From the NCBI GenBank assembly GCA_046485285.1, contig JAWOHE010000045.1, forward strand, positions 1 through 45,529: a DNA stretch of 45,529 nt, in the 5' to 3' direction. Source of the stretch: a bacterium (GTDB taxonomy: Bacteria; Hydrothermota; Tepidihabitantia; Tepidihabitantales; Tepidihabitantaceae). This document shows positions 18,323-26,810 of the stretch, one piece after another (positions within the stretch are counted from its first letter, which is position 1; each line of letters begins with the position of its first letter). The position numbers were made by a program, and so were the translations under genes. Under the pieces are notes generated by a model. That model saw only the letters and a program-made list of their open reading frames with translations. It was not told the origin of the DNA and did not search any database.

Positions 18323-18395
18323 GCCCATGTAGCTCAGTCGGTAGAGCACTTCCTTGGTAAGGAAGTGGTCGCCGGTTCGATTCCGGCCGTGGGCT
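18323..18395 (+). tRNA. tRNA-Thr(GGT)
   Basis: Anticodon arm CTTCC-TTGGTAA-GGAAG, TTCGATT loop. Confidence 0.97.
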
Positions 18396-18464
18396 TTCGG
18401 CGCGCGGTCCGGTTCGCAACCAGAAGTTAGAGAAAAACCAGCTAGAGGACACAGGAGGAATAGA

Positions 18465-19667
18465 ATGGCGAAGGCGAAGTTCGAACGCACTAAGCCACAT
18501 GTCAACGTCGGCACCATTGGTCACGTCGACCACGGCAAGACGACGCTGACGGCCGCGATCACGAAGGTCCTTGAGAAAAAGGGCCTGGCGACCTACACGA
18601 GCTACGACCAGGTCGCCCGGGCCAGCGAGTCCCAGGGGCGCCGGGACGAAACCAAGATCCTGACGATTGCGATCTCGCACGTCGAGTACCAGAGCGCGAA
18701 GCGGCACTACGCGCATATCGACTGCCCGGGCCACGCGGACTACATCAAGAACATGATCACCGGTGCGGCCCAGATGGACGGCGCGATCCTGGTTGTCTCC
18801 GCGGCCGACGGGCCGATGCCTCAGACCACCGAGCACGTCCTGCTCGCCCGGCAGGTCAACGTGCCGGCGATGGTGGTCTACCTGAACAAGGTCGACCTCG
18901 TGGACGACCCGGAGTTGATTGACTTGGTCGAGCTGGAAATCCGCGACATCCTGACGAAATACGAGTTTGACGGCGACAAGACGCCGATCATCCGGGGCAG
19001 TGCCCTCAAGGCCCTGCAGGAAGACGAGGGCGAGGGCGTCGAGTCGATCATCAAGCTGATGGACGCGCTCGACAGCCACATCCCGGAGCCGGTGCGGGAG
19101 ACCGAGAAGCCGTTCCTGATGCCGATCGAGGATATCTTCACGATCACCGGCCGCGGGACGGTCGTGACCGGCCGCGTTGACCGCGGCAGGCTGCTTCCCG
19201 GCGCCGAGGTCGAGATCATCGGGTTCGGCAAGCACGACAAGTGTATCGTCACGAGCCTCGAGATGTTCCGCAAGATCCTCGACTCGGCCGATGCCGGCGA
19301 CAATGTCGGCCTGCTCCTGCGCGGCGTCGGCAAGGATGATGTCCAGCGCGGGATGGTCATCGCCCAGCCGGGCTCGATCAAGCCCCACAAGAAGTTCAAG
19401 GGCGAGGTCTACGTTCTGACCAAGGACGAGGGCGGCCGTCACACGCCGTTCTTCCCCGGCTACCGGCCGCAGTTCTACATCCGGACGACTGACGTGACCG
19501 GCTCGATCCAGCTGCCCGAGGGCGTCGAGATGGTCATGCCGGGCGACCACGTGACGATGAACATCGAGCTCATCACGCCGGTGGCGCTGGAGCCGAACTC
19601 GAAGTTCGCGATCCGCGAGGGCGGCCGGACGGTCGGCGCCGGCACGGTGGTTGAGATCGTCGAGTAG
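18465..19667 (+). CDS. tuf: Elongation factor Tu
   Basis: [45 protein letters not shown]. Confidence 0.99.
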   Translation: MAKAKFERTKPHVNVGTIGHVDHGKTTLTAAITKVLEKKGLATYTSYDQVARASESQGRRDETKILTIAISHVEYQSAKRHYAHIDCPGHADYIKNMITGAAQMDGAILVVSAADGPMPQTTEHVLLARQVNVPAMVVYLNKVDLVDDPELIDLVELEIRDILTKYEFDGDKTPIIRGSALKALQEDEGEGVESIIKLMDALDSHIPEPVRETEKPFLMPIEDIFTITGRGTVVTGRVDRGRLLPGAEVEIIGFGKHDKCIVTSLEMFRKILDSADAGDNVGLLLRGVGKDDVQRGMVIAQPGSIKPHKKFKGEVYVLTKDEGGRHTPFFPGYRPQFYIRTTDVTGSIQLPEGVEMVMPGDHVTMNIELITPVALEPNSKFAIREGGRTVGAGTVVEIVE

Positions 19668-19669
19668 CT

Positions 19670-19816
19670 ATGCGCGTCCAGGTAACGTTCGCCTGCGAGC
19701 AGTGCAAGAACCGGAACTACCACTCCGGCAAGAACAAGCGCCAGTCGGAGCGGATGAAGCTGCGTAGGTACTGCCCGGCGTGTCGAAAGCACACCTCTCA
19801 CAAGGAGGTCAAGTAG
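19670..19816 (+). CDS. rpmG: 50S ribosomal protein L33 (Zn-binding, 48 aa; below the ORF-track cutoff)
   Basis: MRVQVTFACEQCKNRNY...YCPACRKHTSHKEVK; canonical position between tuf and secE. Confidence 0.96.
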   Translation: MRVQVTFACEQCKNRNYHSGKNKRQSERMKLRRYCPACRKHTSHKEVK

Positions 19817-19887
19817 GCCAGTAGCTCCAACGGCAGAGCGGCGGACTCCAAATCCGTAGGTTGGGGGTTCAAATCCCTCCTGGCCTG
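19815..19887 (+). tRNA. tRNA-Trp(CCA)
   Basis: Acceptor AGGCCAG/CTGGCCT, anticodon arm GCGGA-CTCCAAA-TCCGT, TTCAAAT loop. Confidence 0.96.
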
Positions 19888-19895
19888 TTGCTAAT

Positions 19896-20087
19896 ATGAA
19901 ACTTATCAAACGCACTCGCGACTACCTGGCCGATGTCGTGGCCGAGATGAAGAAGGTGACCTGGGTGAAGCGCAAGGAGCTCTTCACGACGACGCTGGTC
20001 GTGATCATCTTCTCGACGATCCTCGCCGCGTTCATTGGGGTGTTCGACCTGATCTTCTCGCAGCTGCTGCACCTGATACTCAGGTAG
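19896..20087 (+). CDS. secE: Preprotein translocase SecE
   Basis: EMKKVTW motif, single TM, synteny. Confidence 0.95.
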   Translation: MKLIKRTRDYLADVVAEMKKVTWVKRKELFTTTLVVIIFSTILAAFIGVFDLIFSQLLHLILR

Positions 20088-20101
20088 GCGTCGGACCCCA
20101 G

Positions 20102-20626
20102 ATGAAGTACTACGTGGTCCATACCTACACCGGCCGTGAGCGGCGGGTGAAGGAACTGCTCGAGAAGGCGATAGAGCATCAAGGAGTCCAGCCGCTGTTC
20201 GGGCAGGTGATACTGCCGGCCGAGAAGGTCACCCGGGTCCGCAAGTCGAAGCTCGTCGCCGAGGAACGGCGGCTGTACCCGGGCTACATCGTCGTGGAGC
20301 TCGAGCCTTCCGAGCAGACGCTGGCGCTGGTCAACTCGGTGCCGGGCGTGACCCATATGCTGGGCACGAGCACGGAGCCGGTCCCGCTCACCGAGGAGGA
20401 GGTCCGCGCGATGCTCGACCAGATCGAGCGCGGGCGGGAGCGCGCCGAACCGGAGTCGCCGTTCGAGAAGGGCGAGAACGTTAAGGTCACCAAGGGCCCG
20501 TTTGCCGGGTTCACCGGGACAGTTGAGGAGATCCTCACCGAGCGTCGGCGGGTCAAGGTCACGGTGACAATCTTCGGTCGGCCGACGCCGATCGACCTGG
20601 ACTTCCTTGATGTCCAGCCAATCTAG
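20102..20626 (+). CDS. nusG: Transcription elongation factor NusG
   Basis: [13 protein letters not shown] and [11 protein letters not shown]...IFGRPTP motifs. Confidence 0.97.
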   Translation: MKYYVVHTYTGRERRVKELLEKAIEHQGVQPLFGQVILPAEKVTRVRKSKLVAEERRLYPGYIVVELEPSEQTLALVNSVPGVTHMLGTSTEPVPLTEEEVRAMLDQIERGRERAEPESPFEKGENVKVTKGPFAGFTGTVEEILTERRRVKVTVTIFGRPTPIDLDFLDVQPI

Positions 20627-20646
20627 AGCAACAGGAGGAGCGAGCA

Positions 20647-21075
20647 ATGGCTAAGAAAGTCGCGGCCATCGTGAAGCTTCAGATCCCGGCCGGTCAGGCA
20701 ACGGCGGCCCCGCCGGTTGGCCCGGCATTAGGCCAGCATGGGGTGAACATCGCGGAGTTCATCCGGGCGTTCAATGACGCCACCCGCAAGGAATCCCCGG
20801 GTATGCTGATCCCGGTCGTCCTGACCGTCTATTCGGATCGGAAGTTCACGTTCGTCACGAAGAGCCCGCCCGCGTCGGTACTCCTAAAGCAGGCGGCCGG
20901 CCTAGCCAAGGGATCGAGCGAACCCAACCGGGGCAAGGTCGGGGTCGTCTCCCGGAAGCAGCTGATGGAGATAGCCGAGCGGAAGCGCGAGGACCTGAAC
21001 GCGGACACCGTCGAGGCCGCGGCCCGGATCATCGCCGGCACCGCGCACTCGATGGGGCTGCAGGTGGAGGACTGA
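20647..21075 (+). CDS. rplK: 50S ribosomal protein L11
   Basis: [23 protein letters not shown] motif. Confidence 0.98.
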   Translation: MAKKVAAIVKLQIPAGQATAAPPVGPALGQHGVNIAEFIRAFNDATRKESPGMLIPVVLTVYSDRKFTFVTKSPPASVLLKQAAGLAKGSSEPNRGKVGVVSRKQLMEIAERKREDLNADTVEAAARIIAGTAHSMGLQVED

Positions 21076-21785
21076 TGGAGCGCAGCAGACGCTACTCGGC
21101 ACTCCGCGGTCAGCTCGAGCACCGGCGCGAGTACCGTCTGGCCGAGGCGGTCGAGTTGGTCAAGAAGAACGCGACCGCGAAGTTCGACGAGTCTGTCGAC
21201 ATCGCGGTCAAGCTCGGCATCGACCCCAAGAAGCAGGATCAGATGGTTCGCGGGACGGTCGGCCTGCCCCACGGCACCGGCAAGGAGACCCGCGTGCTGG
21301 TTTTCTGCAAGGGCGAGAAGGAAGATGAGGCCTGGTCGGCAGGCGCGGACTTCGTCGGGTTTGATGACATGGTAGCGAAGGTCCAGGGCGGCTGGAACGA
21401 CTTCGACGTCGCGATCGCAACCCCGGACACGATGTCGGCGGTCGGCCGGCTGGGCAAGATCCTGGCCCCGAAGGGCAAGATGCCTTCGCCCAAGACCAAG
21501 ACCGTGACCTTCGACATCGCCGAGGCGATCAGGGCACTCAAGGCCGGCCGGATAAACTACCGGACCGACAAGACCGGGAACGTTCACGCCCTCGTCGGCA
21601 AGGCGTCATTCGAGCCGGCGCAGCTCGTCGAGAACATCCGGGCTTTCGTGGCGGAGTTGCTGCGGGCGAAGCCGGCGTCGGCCAAGGGCCAGTACATCCG
21701 GACAATCGGTCTCTCCTCGACGATGGGGCCGGGGGTCCGGGTTGATGTCCGGGAGCTGACCGAGGTCGCCCGGAAGGGAGCGTGA
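21075..21785 (+). CDS. rplA: 50S ribosomal protein L1
   Basis: AKFDESVD..LGIDP, LPHGTGK and SSTMGPG motifs. Confidence 0.98.
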   Translation: MERSRRYSALRGQLEHRREYRLAEAVELVKKNATAKFDESVDIAVKLGIDPKKQDQMVRGTVGLPHGTGKETRVLVFCKGEKEDEAWSAGADFVGFDDMVAKVQGGWNDFDVAIATPDTMSAVGRLGKILAPKGKMPSPKTKTVTFDIAEAIRALKAGRINYRTDKTGNVHALVGKASFEPAQLVENIRAFVAELLRAKPASAKGQYIRTIGLSSTMGPGVRVDVRELTEVARKGA

Positions 21786-21787
21786 CG

Positions 21788-22324
21788 ATGCCGAGCGAAG
21801 CGAAAGTCAGAGAGGTCGCCGCGCTGCGCGAGCTGGTGCGGAACGCATCCGGTTTCTACTTCCTGGACTTCACGGGGGTTTCGGCCAACGACTTCAACCA
21901 GACCCGCCGCCAGCTGCGGGCCGCCGGCGCGCAGGTCCGGGTCGTCAAGAACCGACTCGCCCTGCGTGCGCTGACCGAGGGCGGCGTCGGCACGCAGGTC
22001 GCCGATTACCTGAGAGGGGCGACATCGGTCGTCCTCACGGGTGAGGATGCGATCATGCCGGCCCGAGTCATCAGGGAAGTCGCACGGAAGCTAGAAGCGC
22101 TGAAGATTAAGGGCGCGTACGTCGAGAACCAGTTCTACGGCGCCAGCCAGTTTGACTTCCTGGCATCGCTGCCGACCAAGGCTGACCTGCGCGGGCAGGT
22201 CGTCGGAGTGCTCTCGGCGCCGATGTCGGGACTGGTGATGGCTCTCGATGGGATGGTGAGCGAGTTCGTCTACATCCTCGAGCAGCTGAAGGAGCGCCGG
22301 CCGGACGCGGCCGTCGGCGCATAA
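21788..22324 (+). CDS. rplJ: 50S ribosomal protein L10
   Basis: VVKNRL and LASLPTK motifs; synteny. Start may be 21782 or 21788. Confidence 0.95.
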   Translation: MPSEAKVREVAALRELVRNASGFYFLDFTGVSANDFNQTRRQLRAAGAQVRVVKNRLALRALTEGGVGTQVADYLRGATSVVLTGEDAIMPARVIREVARKLEALKIKGAYVENQFYGASQFDFLASLPTKADLRGQVVGVLSAPMSGLVMALDGMVSEFVYILEQLKERRPDAAVGA

Positions 22325-22456
22325 GAGCGAAGATGACGGGCTTGAACACCCAGACTGTGAAATTGCTGCTTCGAGAAGGCCTAAGCTGTCGTGCCGGTGA
22401 ACCGGCACGCTGCGATTCGCAAAGGTCGTCCGGACAACCCTGCTAGGAGGACAGAG

Positions 22457-22852
22457 ATGGCTGAAGAGAAGATCCAGCAACTTATCTCCCAGATCGAGAC
22501 GCTGACGGTCACCGAACTGGCGGCGCTGGTCAAGGAGCTCAAGGAGAAGTTCGACATCTCCGGGCCGGTCTTCGCGGCCGGCGCGATGCCGGCGGCCGGG
22601 GCCGGCGCGGCCGCCCCGGCGGCGGCCGAGGCCGAGGAACAGACCGAGTTCACGGTGCTGCTGACCTCGGTCGGCGACAAGAAGATCCAGGTTCTCAAGG
22701 AACTGCGTGCCTTGACCCAGCTGGGCCTCAAGGAAGCGAAGGATATTATCGACAGCGCGCCCAGCACGATCAAGGACAACGCCTCCAAGGACGAGGCTGC
22801 GAAGATAAAGGCGAAGCTGGAAGAAGTCGGGGCCAAGGTCGAGGTAAAGTAG
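22457..22852 (+). CDS. rplL: 50S ribosomal protein L7/L12
   Basis: Ala-rich hinge, [30 protein letters not shown]. Confidence 0.98.
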   Translation: MAEEKIQQLISQIETLTVTELAALVKELKEKFDISGPVFAAGAMPAAGAGAAAPAAAEAEEQTEFTVLLTSVGDKKIQVLKELRALTQLGLKEAKDIIDSAPSTIKDNASKDEAAKIKAKLEEVGAKVEVK

Positions 22853-22853
22853 C

Positions 22854-25800
22854 GTGACGAAGCAGAGGGATTTCTCTAAGACCCGCACCTTCTTAGAGAT
22901 CCCGAATCTGCTTTCGCTGCTGCTCGATTCCTTCGCCGAGTTCGTTCAGGCCGGCGTCGAGCCGTCGAAGCGAAAGCCGCTCGGGCTCGAAGGAGTGTTG
23001 CGGGAGACCTTCCCGGTCGAGGACGTCCACAAGAACTTCGTGCTTGAGTACCTCAGCTATGACTTCGGCGAGCCCAAGTACTCTCCGGATGAGGCGATTG
23101 CGAAGGGCGTCAACTACTCGATGCCCCTCAAGGTCACCTTCCGGCTGATCAAGAAGGAGTTCGGCGGCGAGGCCGACCGGGTCCGCGACATCGTCGAGCA
23201 GGAGGTCTTCTTCTGCGAACTGCCTTGGATGACCTCCAGCGGCACGTTCGTCATCAACGGCGTCGAGCGGGTGGTGGTCAGCCAGCTCCACCGCTCGCCC
23301 GGCGTCTATTTCTCCCACGATAACACCGAGTACTCGGCGTTGCTGGTGCCCCTGCGAGGAGCGTGGTTCGAGGTGCTGGTTGACCGTCATCGGGCGCTCG
23401 TTGTCCTGCTGGATCGGAAGCGCCGGATCTCGGCGGCGACCTTCCTCCAAGCGGTCGGGTTCAGCCATAAACAGCTCGTCGAGGCGCTCTACCGTGTCGA
23501 GGAGAAGAAGCTGGCACCCGGCCAGATGTTCGCCCGAACCATCTCCGAGGGCAGCGAGGTGCTGGTCCGGGTCGGTGAGTTCGTGACCGACGGTATCATC
23601 GAGTTCCTCGAGTCGAAGGGCATCACCAAAGCTTGGGTCGTGGATGACAGCCCGGCCGGGCTCGAGATTCTCGGTAATACGCTGAGGCAGGACCGTGCCG
23701 AGTCGCGCGAGGACGCGATCAAGCGAATCTACTACCGGCTGCGCTCGATCGCGCCGCACTCGCTCGAGGTCGCCGAGAACGTCATCCTCGGGATGCTGTT
23801 TGACAAGCGGCGGTTCGACCTCAGCTCGGTCGGCCGCTACAAGTCCAACCGCCGGCTGATGCTCCAGGTCCCGATCGAGGAAACCGGGCTCCGCAAGGAA
23901 GACGTCCTCGAGATCATCCGTCACCTGCTGCGGTTCGCCGATGACGGCCGGAACCTGACGATTTCCTGCCAGGTGCCGGAGGGCACGAAGCCCGAGGCCG
24001 CGCTGAAGCTGCTTGTCCGCGAAGGACTCGACCCGGGGGAGAGCTTCTGGCACGAACGGCGCGACCGGCTGGAGTTGACCTACTCGTCCGAGGACTTCGG
24101 GCGCAGGGTCGAGGCGCTCCTGAAGCGCGAGGGGTACAAGGTCACTGCCGATGCGGTTCGGCTGCAGGCCGACGATGTCGACCACCTTTCGAACCGACGT
24201 GTCAAGCAAGTCGGCGAACTCCTCGAGAACCAGTTCCGGGTCGCGCTGATGCAGCTCGCCCAGAACATCCGGGAGCGGGCGGCGTTCATCGACGAGGCCC
24301 AGCTGAACCCTCAGGAACTTGTCAACACCAGGGTCGTCGCCAACGCGATTCTCAAGTTCTTCACACAGAGTCAGCTATGTCAGTTCATGGAGCAGACCAA
24401 CCCGCTGGCCGAGCTGACCCACAAGCGGCGCATCTCGACGCTCGGCCCCGGCGGGCTGACCAAGGAGACCGCCGGCTTCGAGGTCCGGGACGTGCACTAC
24501 TCGCACTATGGCCGGATCTGCCCGATTGAGACACCGGAAGGCCCGAATATCGGGCTCATCTCCACCGTCGCGACCTTTGCTAAGGTTGACGAGCACGGTT
24601 TCCTGACGACCCCCTACTGGCCGGTCCGCAACGGCCGGGTGCTGGTTGGCAAGGGCAGGGAGGTGTTTCTGACTCCCGAGGAGGAGGAGCACTTCACGAT
24701 TGCTCAGGCCAACAGCGTGCTGACCGCTGACGGTCGGTTCGAGAAGGACGTCGTCATCTGCCGGCGGCGGGGCGATGTGCTTGAGGTCGCGCCGTCCGAG
24801 GTCGACTTCATGGATGTCTCGCCGCGCCAGCTCTTCTCGGGCTCGACGGTGATGATACCGTTTCTGGAGCACGACGACGCGGACCGGGCGCTGATGGGCT
24901 CGAACATGCAGCGCCAGGCGGTCCCACTGCTGCTACCCGAAAAGCCGCTCGTCGCGACCGGTGTCGAGGGCAAGTTCGCCTCCGAGTCGGGCGCGATCCT
25001 GCTCTCGAAGTCCGACGGCGTCGTGACCAAGGTCGACGCCCGGTCGGTGGTGGTTCGGAGCGAGCGCGGCCTGGCCGAGTACCGGCTGCGGCAGTTCAAG
25101 AAGTCCAACCAGTATACCTGTCTTTCCCAGCGGCCGGTCGTTCGGGTCGGTGACGCGGTCAAGGCCGGTGACCTCCTCGCCGACGGGCCGTCGACCGAGG
25201 ACGGCCAGCTCGCGCTGGGCCGGAACGTGCTCGCGGCATTCCTGCCCTGGCGGGGCTACAACTACGAGGACGGCATTGTCGTCTCCGAGAATCTGCTGCG
25301 GCAGGATGCCTTCACCTCGATCCAGATTCTCGAGTTCGAGATCCAGGCGCGTGAGACCAAGCTTGGGGCGGAGGAAATCACCCGTGACATCCCGGGCGCG
25401 ACCGAGGAGGAGCTCGGCAACCTCGACGAATTCGGGGTCATCCGGCTCGGAGCCGAGATCGGGCCGGGCGACATCCTCGTTGGCCGCATAACGCCCAAGG
25501 GCGAGACCGAGTTCACGCCCGAGGAGCGGCTGCTCCGGGCAATCTTCGGTGAGAAGGCCTCGAACGTCAAGGATTCCTCGCTGCGGGTCGACGCCGGCGT
25601 GTTCGGCGTCGTTGTCAACCGGCGGATACTCACCCGAAAGCTCAACGACGCGATGGCGCGCCGACTGGAGCGAGAGCGGGTCGGCGAGGCCGAGCGCAGC
25701 TACAACCTGAAGAAGCAGTTCCTGCTCGACCGGCGCAACGAGAAACTGCGCGCCGCCCTGCGCGGCCAGAAGGCGGCGGCGCCGGCCAAGGACGGCAAGG

Positions 25801-26810
25801 GGCGGATCCTGCATAAGGCCGGCCAGCCGTTGACCGATGAGTTCCTCGAGTCGGACGAGTTCGGCCGGGTCCGCAACTACGAGCAGCTGACCGCCAGCGC
25901 TCGGCACCAGGGTGAGGTCCGCGCCGCGCTCAAGGAGTTCGAGGAGGCGCTGGCTGAGTCCGACCGTGCCAAGCGGCTGGACATCGAGCGCGTATCGCGG
26001 GGCGACGAGCTTCCGCATGGCGTTCTCAAGTGGATCACGATCTTCATCGCCCAGAAGCGCAACCTGGCGGTCGGTGACAAGATGGCGGGCCGTCACGGCA
26101 ACAAGGGCGTCGTCTCCAAGGCCCTGCCGATCGAGGACCTACCTTACCTTTCGGTAGCGTACGACGACGACAAGGCCACCGATACGATCCGCGAGATGCG
26201 CGGCCTGCCAGTGGACATGGTCCTCAACCCGTTGGGCGTACCGTCGCGGATGAACCTCGGCCAGGTACTGGAAGCGCACCTCGGCTGGGCGTGTAGCATC
26301 CTTGGTTACCAGGCGGTATGCCCGGTCTTCCAGAGCGCGACTCCCGAGGATATCAAGGAGGAGTTGCGGCGGGCCGGACTGCCGGACGATGGCAAGGTGG
26401 TGCTCTACGATGGACGAAGCGGCGAGCCCTTCGAGGAGAAGGTGACCGTCGGTATGATGTACATGCTCAAGCTTGTCCACATGGTTGACGACAAGATCCA
26501 CGCCCGCTCAACCGGCCGTTACTCGCTGATCACCCAGCAGCCGCTGGGTGGCAAGGCCCAGTTCGGCGGTCAGCGCTTCGGTGAGATGGAGGTCTGGGCG
26601 CTTGAGGCGTACGGGGCCGCGCACGCCCTGCAGGAGATGCTCACCGTGAAGTCCGACGACGTCGAGGGTCGGAGTGCGCTCTATGAGGCGCTGATCCGGG
26701 GTAAGAACCCGCCGCGGCCCAAGCCGCCGGCGTCGTTCTCGGTCCTGGTCAAGGAGCTCCAGGGGCTCGGACTGGAACTCGTGCCCGAGCGCGGGGAGGA
26801 TGCGGAATGA
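22854..26810 (+). CDS. rpoB: RNA polymerase beta subunit
   Basis: [37 protein letters not shown] and [14 protein letters not shown] motifs. Confidence 0.99.
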   Translation: MTKQRDFSKTRTFLEIPNLLSLLLDSFAEFVQAGVEPSKRKPLGLEGVLRETFPVEDVHKNFVLEYLSYDFGEPKYSPDEAIAKGVNYSMPLKVTFRLIKKEFGGEADRVRDIVEQEVFFCELPWMTSSGTFVINGVERVVVSQLHRSPGVYFSHDNTEYSALLVPLRGAWFEVLVDRHRALVVLLDRKRRISAATFLQAVGFSHKQLVEALYRVEEKKLAPGQMFARTISEGSEVLVRVGEFVTDGIIEFLESKGITKAWVVDDSPAGLEILGNTLRQDRAESREDAIKRIYYRLRSIAPHSLEVAENVILGMLFDKRRFDLSSVGRYKSNRRLMLQVPIEETGLRKEDVLEIIRHLLRFADDGRNLTISCQVPEGTKPEAALKLLVREGLDPGESFWHERRDRLELTYSSEDFGRRVEALLKREGYKVTADAVRLQADDVDHLSNRRVKQVGELLENQFRVALMQLAQNIRERAAFIDEAQLNPQELVNTRVVANAILKFFTQSQLCQFMEQTNPLAELTHKRRISTLGPGGLTKETAGFEVRDVHYSHYGRICPIETPEGPNIGLISTVATFAKVDEHGFLTTPYWPVRNGRVLVGKGREVFLTPEEEEHFTIAQANSVLTADGRFEKDVVICRRRGDVLEVAPSEVDFMDVSPRQLFSGSTVMIPFLEHDDADRALMGSNMQRQAVPLLLPEKPLVATGVEGKFASESGAILLSKSDGVVTKVDARSVVVRSERGLAEYRLRQFKKSNQYTCLSQRPVVRVGDAVKAGDLLADGPSTEDGQLALGRNVLAAFLPWRGYNYEDGIVVSENLLRQDAFTSIQILEFEIQARETKLGAEEITRDIPGATEEELGNLDEFGVIRLGAEIGPGDILVGRITPKGETEFTPEERLLRAIFGEKASNVKDSSLRVDAGVFGVVVNRRILTRKLNDAMARRLERERVGEAERSYNLKKQFLLDRRNEKLRAALRGQKAAAPAKDGKGRILHKAGQPLTDEFLESDEFGRVRNYEQLTASARHQGEVRAALKEFEEALAESDRAKRLDIERVSRGDELPHGVLKWITIFIAQKRNLAVGDKMAGRHGNKGVVSKALPIEDLPYLSVAYDDDKATDTIREMRGLPVDMVLNPLGVPSRMNLGQVLEAHLGWACSILGYQAVCPVFQSATPEDIKEELRRAGLPDDGKVVLYDGRSGEPFEEKVTVGMMYMLKLVHMVDDKIHARSTGRYSLITQQPLGGKAQFGGQRFGEMEVWALEAYGAAHALQEMLTVKSDDVEGRSALYEALIRGKNPPRPKPPASFSVLVKELQGLGLELVPERGEDAE

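Noticed and set aside
17855-19887. Integrative element or prophage at the tRNA genes
   Set aside because: No integrase, no duplicated tRNA 3' end and no phage genes are seen in the window.
23946-24170. RpoB insertion as an intein
   Set aside because: It is too short and lacks the N-terminal C/S and C-terminal HN-C/S/T splice motifs.
26151-26201. ~15-aa insertion in RpoB ([17 protein letters not shown])
   Set aside because: It is real but short, and probably a surface-loop expansion with no inferable function.
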